A stretch of 64,000 nucleotides of DNA, from NCBI GenBank assembly GCA_030648835.1, contig JAUSGT010000002.1, forward strand, positions 565,458-629,457, written 5' to 3'. Below the pieces are notes generated by a model. That model was not told where the DNA came from, did no database searches, and saw only the letters and a list, made by a program, of their open reading frames with translations. Both the position numbers and the translations under genes were made by a program. Source of the stretch: Candidatus Moraniibacteriota bacterium (GTDB lineage: Bacteria; Patescibacteriota; Minisyncoccia; Moranbacterales; UBA1568). This document shows positions 9,850 through 18,213 of the stretch, one piece after another. Every line of letters begins with the position of its first letter. Position 1 is the first letter of the stretch.

Positions 9850-10560
9850 ATGCGTATCCTTGATGTTTTTATCGATAATCTCACCCGTGAAGAAATCCGC
9901 ACGCGCGTCGGAATGTTTCTGGATGAACCGAGATTCCATCAGATCGCGACCATCAATCCTGAATTTCTTCTTGAAGCTGAAAAAAATAGAGACTTTCGGG
10001 TGGTTTTGGAACAATGCAACCTGCGTGTCGCCGATGGTTTCGGCATCACACTGGCATTTCTTCTCAAAGGTGAAAGGCTGAGGTACCGTTTCCCTGGCGC
10101 AGATTTGACGGAAGAAGTTTTAAAACTTGCCGATAAAAAGCAACTGGGCATTTATCTTGCAATCCGTAAAGATGGCCTCAGTTCTTTTGAGGAAATAAAA
10201 CGAGCTCTTTTGGAAAAGTACCCTACAGTAAAAATTGATGGCGCAGATATTGATCCGTATCAGGTATCAGGTATCAGGTATCAGGTATCATCGGTTGTCT
10301 TGTGTAATTTTGGAGCACCGATGCAAGAGTTATTTCTTGCTCAGTTAAAAGCTGATTCTTCCCCATCGCGCATAGCTATGGGTGTTGGCGGTAGTTTTGA
10401 TTATCTTACCGGAAAGATCAAGCGTGCTCCAGTGTGGCTTCGCGTCCTTGGGCTCGAATGGTTCTGGCGATTGATTCAACAGCCAAAAAGATGGAAACGA
10501 ATCTGGAACGCGGTCGTGGTTTTCCCATTTCGTGTAATTTTCGCTACAATAGGAAAGTAA
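9850..10560 (+). CDS. WecB/TagA/CpsF family glycosyltransferase
   Basis: Matches the TagA family end to end (ATINPEFLL, CNFGAPMQE, AMGVGGSFDYLTGKIKRAPVWLRVLGLEWFWRL). Confidence 0.75.
   Translation: MRILDVFIDNLTREEIRTRVGMFLDEPRFHQIATINPEFLLEAEKNRDFRVVLEQCNLRVADGFGITLAFLLKGERLRYRFPGADLTEEVLKLADKKQLGIYLAIRKDGLSSFEEIKRALLEKYPTVKIDGADIDPYQVSGIRYQVSSVVLCNFGAPMQELFLAQLKADSSPSRIAMGVGGSFDYLTGKIKRAPVWLRVLGLEWFWRLIQQPKRWKRIWNAVVVFPFRVIFATIGK
10257..10290 (+). repeat. 7-bp tandem repeat (GTATCAG) x approx 4.9 inside the TagA-family CDS
   Basis: Direct read: GTATCAG GTATCAG GTATCAG GTATCAG GTATCA. Encodes YQVSGIRYQVS. The unit length is not a multiple of 3. Confidence 0.85.
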
Positions 10561-10597
10561 GTTCATCAAGTTTATAAAGTCTGTAAAGTTAAAGATT

Positions 10598-12112
10598 ATG
10601 TCAAATGTTCGGGTCCGTTTTGCTCCATCACCAACAGGGTATCTCCACGTCGGCGGTTTGCGTACCGCTCTCTACAATTATCTCTTCGCCAAAAAAAACA
10701 ACGGCACGTTCATTCTGCGCATCGAAGACACCGATCAGAAACGTTTTGTGGCCGGAGCAGCGGAAAATCTTATCAAAACTTTGAGTGCTATGGGGATACA
10801 GCATGACGAAGGCATATTTCTTTCGGGTGATACTCTCATCAGTAAAGGAGAATGCGGTCCGTATGCTCAATCCGAACGTTTGGAAATATACAAGACTCAT
10901 ATAAAAAAACTCATTGATTCTCACAAAGCATACTATTGTTTTTGTTCAGTCGGACGCTTGGCCGCTTTGCGTGAGGAACAGATACAAAACAAGCTTTCCG
11001 CAAAATATGACAAGTTCTGCCTCTCACTTTCTCCCGAAGCAATAGAGGAGTCATTGGCCGCGAATGAACCATATGTCGTCCGCCTGAATGTCGATGAAAA
11101 TCGCGGTGATATCGTTTTTGAAGATACGGTGCGGGGGAAAGTGACTATTCACGCCAAAGATGTGGATGACCAGGTACTCATAAAGTCGGATGGTTTTCCG
11201 ACCTACCATCTGGCGGTGGTTATCGACGATCATCTGATGGGGATAACCCATGTCATTCGCGGCGATGAATGGATTTCCAGTACGCCAAAACACGTCCTTT
11301 TGTATGAAGCATTTGGTTGGGAGGCGCCTGTTTTTGCTCATCTCCCACTCCTTCTCAACCCGGACAAGAGCAAACTTTCCAAACGCCAAGGTGACGTCGC
11401 TGCGGAAGATTACCTGGAAAAAGGGTATCTGAAGGAGACGCTGATAAATTTTGTGGCGCTCTTGGGCTGGAATCCGGGACAGGGCAATACTCAGGAAATA
11501 TTTTCACTCGATGAATTGGTAGAGCGCTTCGATCTTGCGCAGGTGCATAAAGCCGGCGCCGTGTTTGATTTGAAGAAACTCGATTGGATGAACACGGAGT
11601 ATGTTAAGCGACTTACTCCTGAAGAATTATATGAGCGCGGGATGCCGTTTCTTGAAGTAAAAGAATTTTACAAAGCATGGAACAGCCAACAGTCAACAAT
11701 TAACGAAGAAGAGAAAATTGAGTTTGTAAAAAGAGTTTTAACGATCGAGCGTGAACGTTTAACGAAACTTTCGGATATCGGCGACAATAATCCTTTTTTC
11801 TTTGTCTCAGAACTTTCGTATGATGCGGCGCTTCTTCATTGGAAACAAAACGCCAAAGAAATGACCAAAGAAGCGCTTGAAAAAGCTCACAAAATTCTTT
11901 CCGGATTAAACGACACGGATTGGGTAAAAAAAGAAACCATAGAAAAAGTTCTGATGGAAGCGGCAGGGGAGCAGCGGGGCGACTTCCTTTGGCCGCTTAG
12001 AGTGGCACTCACCGGAGCGCAGCGTTCCCCCTCACCCTTCGAGGTCGCCTGGGTTTTAGGCAAGGACGCGTCTTTGAAACGCCTCGAAAAAGCTATTAAA
12101 CTAGTCTCTTAA
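10598..12112 (+). CDS. gltX: Glutamate--tRNA ligase
   Basis: Class I motifs PSPTGYLHVGG (HIGH) and KLSKR (KMSKS), plus GluRS-type anticodon-binding domain. Confidence 0.85.
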   Translation: MSNVRVRFAPSPTGYLHVGGLRTALYNYLFAKKNNGTFILRIEDTDQKRFVAGAAENLIKTLSAMGIQHDEGIFLSGDTLISKGECGPYAQSERLEIYKTHIKKLIDSHKAYYCFCSVGRLAALREEQIQNKLSAKYDKFCLSLSPEAIEESLAANEPYVVRLNVDENRGDIVFEDTVRGKVTIHAKDVDDQVLIKSDGFPTYHLAVVIDDHLMGITHVIRGDEWISSTPKHVLLYEAFGWEAPVFAHLPLLLNPDKSKLSKRQGDVAAEDYLEKGYLKETLINFVALLGWNPGQGNTQEIFSLDELVERFDLAQVHKAGAVFDLKKLDWMNTEYVKRLTPEELYERGMPFLEVKEFYKAWNSQQSTINEEEKIEFVKRVLTIERERLTKLSDIGDNNPFFFVSELSYDAALLHWKQNAKEMTKEALEKAHKILSGLNDTDWVKKETIEKVLMEAAGEQRGDFLWPLRVALTGAQRSPSPFEVAWVLGKDASLKRLEKAIKLVS

Positions 12113-12133
12113 GGCATTTTTTGCTGTGGTATA

Positions 12134-13390
12134 ATGGTAAATACCATGACACGGCAAAACAAAAATATATACGCCAGCTTTTTTTTGACAGCGCTCTTTT
12201 TTGGTAGCGTTCTTTTTTCTGTCTCTGCCAACGCGGCAGATACCGGAGATCTTACGAGTCAGCTTGATGCTATCAACGCAAAAATCAAAGCTTACAAACA
12301 GATTATCGATCTCAAGCAGCGTCAGGGGTCAACTCTCGCCAATCAGATTCAATCCTTGGAGGCCCAAGCCAACAAACTGCAGCTTGAGATAGATCTCAAT
12401 CAGCAGAAATTGGGCGATCTGGAAGGAAACATCACTCTCCTTTCCTCGCGGATTACGGAAAAAGAAGCAGTTTCCAACAGTCAGAAACAGATGCTTTCCG
12501 AACTGATGCGACTCTATTACAGCGATTATTCCAATACCTCCACAACGCTTATTTTCTCTTCCGCCGAAACTCTTTCATTTTTGAACCAGGAAAATTGGAC
12601 CACACAACTCAGCGGAAAAGTGAGCGAACTGCTCGATTCGATAAAGACTCTGCGTGAGAGCCTCGTAAACGAACGGGCTGTTTTGGAAACGAAAAAAAAT
12701 GAGGCGACTACTCTGAATGAACAATTGAATGCGCGGAATGATTATTTGGAAAGCGCCAAGGAGAGTAAAGCCTATCTTCTGACAAAAACCCAGGCAGAAG
12801 TGAACAAATACGATAATCTTGTCGATGACCTGCAAAAACAACGCGATGAAATCGAAAATGAAATCGAAGATTTGGAATCGGGGAAAATTGGCACGCTTGA
12901 TCTGAAAGACATGCCGGCATTCAAACATGGAACACTTTCATATCCGCTGAAGAAATTCACTCTTTCACAGGGATATGGGAAAACCACCTATGCCAGAAAA
13001 TCAGGATCTTACGGCAAGGCGAATTTTCATAACGGATTGGATTTCGCCGCGCCATCCGGCACGCCCATCTATGCCGCACTGGGAGGAAAGGTAGTTGGCG
13101 TCGGCAATAACGGTCGCTATGCGTACGGTAGATGGGTTGCTATCGATCATGGAGATGGTATTGTCACTTTATATGGACATATGAGCGTACAATCGGTACG
13201 GCGAGGTCAGAGCGTCAAAGAGGGAGAAAAGATAGGCGCCGTGGGGAGTACGGGTAACTCTACCGGTCCACATGTCCATTTTACCGTTTTTTCGGAAAAA
13301 ACTTTTGAAGTTGTTCCTTCGAAATATGTCTCCAGCGTAAAAGATATTCCTATCGGCGCTACCGTCAACCCGTCAGTCTATTTGCCGTAA
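12134..13390 (+). CDS. M23 family metallopeptidase with long N-terminal coiled coil (EnvC-like)
   Basis: Signal/TM helix, approx 230-aa coiled coil, then M23 core HNGLDFAAPSGTPIYAALGG...YGHM...GSTGNSTGPHVHF. Confidence 0.75.
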   Translation: MVNTMTRQNKNIYASFFLTALFFGSVLFSVSANAADTGDLTSQLDAINAKIKAYKQIIDLKQRQGSTLANQIQSLEAQANKLQLEIDLNQQKLGDLEGNITLLSSRITEKEAVSNSQKQMLSELMRLYYSDYSNTSTTLIFSSAETLSFLNQENWTTQLSGKVSELLDSIKTLRESLVNERAVLETKKNEATTLNEQLNARNDYLESAKESKAYLLTKTQAEVNKYDNLVDDLQKQRDEIENEIEDLESGKIGTLDLKDMPAFKHGTLSYPLKKFTLSQGYGKTTYARKSGSYGKANFHNGLDFAAPSGTPIYAALGGKVVGVGNNGRYAYGRWVAIDHGDGIVTLYGHMSVQSVRRGQSVKEGEKIGAVGSTGNSTGPHVHFTVFSEKTFEVVPSKYVSSVKDIPIGATVNPSVYLP

Positions 13391-13391
13391 T

Positions 13392-14162
13392 ATGAAAAAA
13401 TCAAAGCATCCAAATTCTTTTCGCACTCGTTTTGCCAAAGATATCGTGGCGGAAGTGATGTTGCCGGAGCGCCAAACCGGCAAGGTGGCTATCCTCGCCA
13501 TCGGGGCCCCCTCTACACCGTATAAAAAAGAAACGCTTGAGTTTCTCGCTAGCCACGGATATGTGGTCATTTTCCCGCGCTATCGGGGCACGTGGGAAAG
13601 CGCGGGGAATTTCTTGGAAAAGTCTCCTGCCCAAGACATTCGCGACGTGATAACCAAGCTTACCAAGAAACGCTCCGTATACGATATTGCGACACAAGAA
13701 AGAAAAAATATCCGCATTTCCGCTATCCATTTATTTGGCGGATCATTTGGTGGTCCGGCTGTGCTTCTCAATACGCAGTTCCCCATCGTAAAAAAAGTCA
13801 TTGCTCTTGCTCCTGTTTTGGATTGGAGTGTAGACGGGGAAGATGAACCATTTGATACTTTCGTCCGTTACTCTTGCGAAGGGTATGGTGGTGCCTACCG
13901 TACAAAGCGTATCAAAGATTGGCAGAAATTGATTACCACAAACTTCTATAACCCTGTAGCCCATACCGCTGCCATCTTAGGCAAAAAAGTTTTTATTATT
14001 CATTCCAAAGATGATACCAATGTACCATATGAACCAATCATATCGTTTGCACAAAAAACCGGAGCCACATACTATCTGAAACCTCGAGGCGGTCATCGCG
14101 GCTTCTCCTACCTGCCGCACAAATTCTACTGGAAAAAGATTGAGAAGTTTCTTAAGTCCTAG
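13392..14162 (+). CDS. Alpha/beta hydrolase (dienelactone hydrolase / S9-like)
   Basis: Nucleophile-elbow-like GGSFGG with a downstream Asp/His region. Family-level assignment only. Confidence 0.55.
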   Translation: MKKSKHPNSFRTRFAKDIVAEVMLPERQTGKVAILAIGAPSTPYKKETLEFLASHGYVVIFPRYRGTWESAGNFLEKSPAQDIRDVITKLTKKRSVYDIATQERKNIRISAIHLFGGSFGGPAVLLNTQFPIVKKVIALAPVLDWSVDGEDEPFDTFVRYSCEGYGGAYRTKRIKDWQKLITTNFYNPVAHTAAILGKKVFIIHSKDDTNVPYEPIISFAQKTGATYYLKPRGGHRGFSYLPHKFYWKKIEKFLKS

Positions 14163-14187
14163 ATTTTTTCATTTTTATTTAGAATGA

Positions 14188-14228
14188 CTCCCCCAGCGCT
14201 AATTTAAAAAATGGGGGAGTTTCTTTTT
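14188..14228 (+). terminator. Rho-independent terminator after hydrolase gene
   Basis: Stem CTCCCCCA/TGGGGGAG followed by TTTCTTTTT. Confidence 0.5.
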
Positions 14229-14595
14229 ATGAAATGCCCAATAAGGAAAAAGAAAACAAAAAAAAACTATTTTATTTTTTATAATTTTATAAAAAAATAA
14301 AAAGAAAGAGAAACAGATACACGGGGAGATACATCAATGTACCCAGAAATTATTGAAAGGTCTCAGAACGCATTGTACGCATTCATTTTTGATGGTTTTT
14401 AGGGGGATTCGATATACTTTCGTATAAAGCGCTCATCAGCGGTTCTTTCTATTATTGTAATGTCGCATAAGTTACATAGTGCGACGTTACATATAACAAA
14501 AGAAGAAACTGAAAAAACAGTAAAATAGACTCATTATTTTTTTTCTGAGGCATATGCCCCCTGCTTTATTCCGCATCTGTTTTATTTTATTTAGA

Positions 14596-14636
14596 AAATA
14601 AAAAAACCGGGTGACGCATACAGCATACGCGTCCCC
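14596..14636 (-). terminator. Rho-independent terminator after GGDEF gene (minus strand)
   Basis: On the minus strand, CCGGGGACGC...GCGTCACCCGG hairpin followed by TTTTTTTATTTT. Confidence 0.5.
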
Positions 14637-14706
14637 GGCATTCTTCTCGGCCTCTCAGATCCTTCTGATCATCCCCCAAATGGCATCTAACTTCGAAAAA
14701 GTAACG

Positions 14707-15510
14707 TTATTTGGAAGGATGCGTGCTCACAACATCACGCCCATTCTTTTTTGAATGATATGTCGCATGATCGGCTTCCATTTTGGCATTATGGAAAGCT
14801 GCCTCGACTTCCTCTTGTTTGCTCATCTCGGTGAGGGTGATAGCGGCTACCCCGACACTGACGGTAACGCCGAATGTCTCAAAACGTAACCTTAAGTCGT
14901 TGGCGACTGCCGCGCGAAATACTTCCGCGTGTGCTACGGCTTGATCAATGTTTGTGTTCGACATAACGATCAGAAATTCATCCCCACCTGGACGGCAGAT
15001 GATGTCGGTGTCCCGATGAAAAATCGTTTTTGCGATATCGACAACAACCTTGAGCGCCTCATCGCCGGCATCATGACCAAACGTATCATTGACCTGACTG
15101 AAATTGTCCAGATCAAAGGTTATGACACCGAAATGCGGGAAAGGGATCAACATCCCTCTCAATGTCCGCTGGGTTATACCGACTTGGCGCAAAAGTGCTA
15201 TGTTCGCGCCACGCCGATTGAGCGCGCCGGTCAAAGGATCCTTGACAGCAACCTCACTCAGGGTGGCTATCAGTTTTTCTTTGACAACTAGTTCCCGATG
15301 CAGCTCCAAGAGTCGTTTGGAGCGCCCCTCAAGCGCGCGCCTCGCTTCATCATACGTTTGGGAAATTATCCCCTTGAGAGTTTTGTTTTCCTTCGTCAGG
15401 CGTTCCAATTCTTGCCGAGGAGGAAACCATTCAGGACATAGCCGTGAAAACAACTGTAGCAGAATGGTTTTTATGATGCCGGGCTTTTTGCAGACAATTG
15501 CTGTATCCAT
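14707..15510 (-). CDS. GGDEF-domain diguanylate cyclase with N-terminal coiled coil
   Basis: GGDEF active site RPGGDEFLIV and DLDNFSQVNDTFGHDAGD. No recognisable sensor domain. Confidence 0.75.
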   Translation of the reverse strand: MDTAIVCKKPGIIKTILLQLFSRLCPEWFPPRQELERLTKENKTLKGIISQTYDEARRALEGRSKRLLELHRELVVKEKLIATLSEVAVKDPLTGALNRRGANIALLRQVGITQRTLRGMLIPFPHFGVITFDLDNFSQVNDTFGHDAGDEALKVVVDIAKTIFHRDTDIICRPGGDEFLIVMSNTNIDQAVAHAEVFRAAVANDLRLRFETFGVTVSVGVAAITLTEMSKQEEVEAAFHNAKMEADHATYHSKKNGRDVVSTHPSK

Positions 15511-15647
15511 TACGCCTCCTTGGGCAGGTTTGAAGTTATAAAATTGTTCAGGTACGATTGTACAATGATAGCATAAAAACAGTATTTTGTCAATAGTGCA
15601 CCGATGAACTTCTCTGATAGAATGTATGTGTATTTGTTGTTACTTGT

Positions 15648-16820
15648 ATGTTGTCAGTTATTATGCGCATATCCTATTCCACCCTGGACACGTATCAGAA
15701 CTGTCCCCTGAAATATAAATTTCGGGAAATAGACAAGATCAAAGAGCCCAAGTCCAAAGAGGCCGTTTTTGGCACGCTCATCCATTCGGTGATGAAATAT
15801 ATCCATACACCAAGCCTCCTCTCCCCCACCATCGAACAGGCGCTTGATTATTTTGCCAAAGGTTGGAATAGCGAAATCTATGAAAATGAAATAGAAGAAC
15901 GCGCCGCGTTCACCCAAGGTGTCACCATCATCCAAAACTATCTGGCTCATACCAAGCCGGCCAATTACAACATCGTTGATCTGGAGAGCCGTTTCGCTAT
16001 CGAAATCGGAAGCGTTGAAACGGGCGTGCATACCGTTTCCGGTATCATCGATCGTATCGACAAGACAGAAGACGGCTATGAAATCATCGATTATAAAACG
16101 ACGCGCAAAATGCCCTCCCAGGACAAAGTCGACAACGACATCCAGCTCTCTATCTATCTCAAAGCCTTTCTGGCTCGCTATCCGAAAGAAATCGACCGGC
16201 TGGACAAGATCACCGTCAGTCTCTACTACCTGAAGCATGGCGTGAAACTCTCCTCGAAACGCACCATAGAACAATTGGCAAGTCTGGAAAAAACTTTCCT
16301 CAATGTTATTCAATCCATCGAAGAAGGAAAATTCGACCCCATCCTCTCCCCGCTCTGCGATTGGTGCGGCTATCAGAAAATCTGTCCCGTCTGGAAACAT
16401 AAATTTCCGGCAGCCCGCAAACTGGAAACCGCCGAAGTCCGAGGAGCTATCGGCGAGTACCTCGATCTCAAAGGAAAACTGAGCGAAGAAAAACTACGCC
16501 TGATGAAGCTGCAAGAGCTTATTTTGCAATATATGGAGCAGGAGGGCGTCGATCGGGTGTTCGATGACCAAGGTATTATCGGTAAATCACTGCGTAAAAC
16601 CTACAAATATGATGAGGAAAAATTACGGGCTCTCCTCGAACCGCTCGACAAATGGGAATCTGTTTTGAAAGTTGATGGTATCGCTTTGCGGAATATACTG
16701 GCTATTCTCCCCTCTCCTGTCCGTAAAGAAGTTGAGGAAGCGAAAACGTTAGATAAAGAAAGCGTCAGCCTCTCCGTCAAAAAGAATAAAATCGAAGCGG
16801 ATGCGGAGTTAGCTCTGTAA
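15648..16820 (+). CDS. PD-(D/E)XK nuclease superfamily protein with Cas4/AddB-like Fe-S cysteines
   Basis: N-terminal YSTLDTYQNCPLKYKF, nuclease motif IIDRIDKT...EIIDYKT, and a C-terminal CDWCGYQKIC cysteine cluster. Followed by an approx 130-aa helical tail. Confidence 0.65.
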   Translation: MLSVIMRISYSTLDTYQNCPLKYKFREIDKIKEPKSKEAVFGTLIHSVMKYIHTPSLLSPTIEQALDYFAKGWNSEIYENEIEERAAFTQGVTIIQNYLAHTKPANYNIVDLESRFAIEIGSVETGVHTVSGIIDRIDKTEDGYEIIDYKTTRKMPSQDKVDNDIQLSIYLKAFLARYPKEIDRLDKITVSLYYLKHGVKLSSKRTIEQLASLEKTFLNVIQSIEEGKFDPILSPLCDWCGYQKICPVWKHKFPAARKLETAEVRGAIGEYLDLKGKLSEEKLRLMKLQELILQYMEQEGVDRVFDDQGIIGKSLRKTYKYDEEKLRALLEPLDKWESVLKVDGIALRNILAILPSPVRKEVEEAKTLDKESVSLSVKKNKIEADAELAL

Positions 16821-16906
16821 AAATATAGCTTTAAAAAAAATCAGACCCAGGAATCCACGTCGTGGACCCCGGGCCTTTTGTTTCTATGACAGCCGGTAGA
16901 GCTGAT

Positions 16907-18109
16907 CTAGTGTTTGGAGAAACCGCGGTGCTCCGGCGCGACGAACCCCACAGCCAGTCCGCTCTTTTCGAAAAGATCGCGGACATTGGGTAGTTCTTTG
17001 CCATCAGCTGGTACGATTCCACCCCTGCACCCTGCATCAATCAGAAGTTCTGTTCCTTCCCTTCTGTCCATGCTGGAAATCAGAGCAGAAAGGTTGGCCA
17101 TTACCTTGATCGCGAAATCCGGTTCAACGGAGCGGGAGTTCAGTGTTATTTGAGCGGCCTGCATTGCACCAATCAAGGTTTGCCGACCGGCATCTGAATA
17201 TTTTGTTGTACTTTTCGCATAAGGGAAGAACCCGTCCGATGCAAAGATTGAGCCACGTGTGTCATGTCCGGCACGATATGCCCGATCGAGACACAAGCGG
17301 ACACAAGCAATGCGATCCTGCTGGCCGCAACCCAGTCCGATGAGCATCCGATCTTTAGCTAAGGCAACGGTATTGCTTGAGGCGCGCCAGCAACAGGCGA
17401 AAGCGATGAGCGCGTTTTCGAACTGTTCGGAATTCATTTCCTTTCCTGACCAGGATTGTACTTCTTTCCTGGTGAGTATGAAGCTCGGCGTTCTTTGGCA
17501 AAGCCAATCGGCGCCGGCTGGTTTGACCACCCATTGATTCGTTGAGAAAGGTGATCCATGTAAACTTGGGTTTGAAAGGAGTCGGCGTCCCTGTTTTTTG
17601 CCAAGAATCGCTACAGCACCTGGAGAAAATTCCGGTGCAGCTATTAAATCAAGCCCCCACTTTTCCCGTCCGATACTTTGAGGAGAATTGAGCAGAATTT
17701 GAGCTTCGTCGTCGCCGATAGGGAAATTTGTAATGACTTCACCGCCCATTACGGCAACAGTGTCCCCCATAAGCGCTTTGCCCAGAGCCGTGTGTGGGTG
17801 TTCGTAACTAATGGCTGTGCCGCACGGATTACCATGCTTTCCAGCGATCACGATGTATGGAATGCGCCCATTAAATCGTTGGAATGATTCAACCAAAAGA
17901 CGTTGAATATCAGTTATCTGTGCCAAGTCGGCAATACTGATGAAGCTCGGTTGCCCGGACTCCCATTTGAAGCGGCTCGGCGCCAGCGGGTCATCAGTCC
18001 CTCCGTAAACAAGCCAGGCAGGACTTTGATCCCTGTTTTCACCGTAGGCAAGTATGATTCCATTTTCCAGTTTGATGGTTGTCGCGGGAAAGGGTATTGT
18101 GTGTTCCAT
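16907..18109 (-). CDS. AICAR transformylase domain protein (PurH-like, lacking the MGS/IMP-cyclohydrolase domain)
   Basis: PurH AICARFT hallmarks: LAYGENRDQ (cf. LRYGENPHQ), IAGKHGNPCG, MGGEVITNF, ASDGFFPY and the C-terminal AVGFVAPEHRGF. No N-terminal MGS-like domain. Confidence 0.6.
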   Translation of the reverse strand: MEHTIPFPATTIKLENGIILAYGENRDQSPAWLVYGGTDDPLAPSRFKWESGQPSFISIADLAQITDIQRLLVESFQRFNGRIPYIVIAGKHGNPCGTAISYEHPHTALGKALMGDTVAVMGGEVITNFPIGDDEAQILLNSPQSIGREKWGLDLIAAPEFSPGAVAILGKKQGRRLLSNPSLHGSPFSTNQWVVKPAGADWLCQRTPSFILTRKEVQSWSGKEMNSEQFENALIAFACCWRASSNTVALAKDRMLIGLGCGQQDRIACVRLCLDRAYRAGHDTRGSIFASDGFFPYAKSTTKYSDAGRQTLIGAMQAAQITLNSRSVEPDFAIKVMANLSALISSMDRREGTELLIDAGCRGGIVPADGKELPNVRDLFEKSGLAVGFVAPEHRGFSKH

Positions 18110-18213
18110 TTTTGCCTCCGTGGCGTTATAAAGACTTCAGTTGTTAAGGTTCGTAACTTTTGAGGATACAAGAAATAAACGCTTTTTGCAAGGTTAAAAC
18201 AATGGGATGTTGG

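Noticed and set aside
12119-12140. TATAAT box just upstream of the M23 peptidase start
   Set aside because: No acceptable -35 at 16-18 nt spacing (the TTGCTG is only 3 nt away).
15654-16400. 248-aa minus-strand ORF
   Set aside because: Antisense to the PD-(D/E)XK nuclease gene. Acidic repetitive sequence with no start context.
16848-16880. Putative terminator hairpin after the nuclease gene (CCACG-T-CGTGG...CCCGGGCC TTTTGTTTC)
   Set aside because: Could not derive a convincing stem of 5 bp or more with a loop of 3 nt or more by hand, so it is not reported as a feature.
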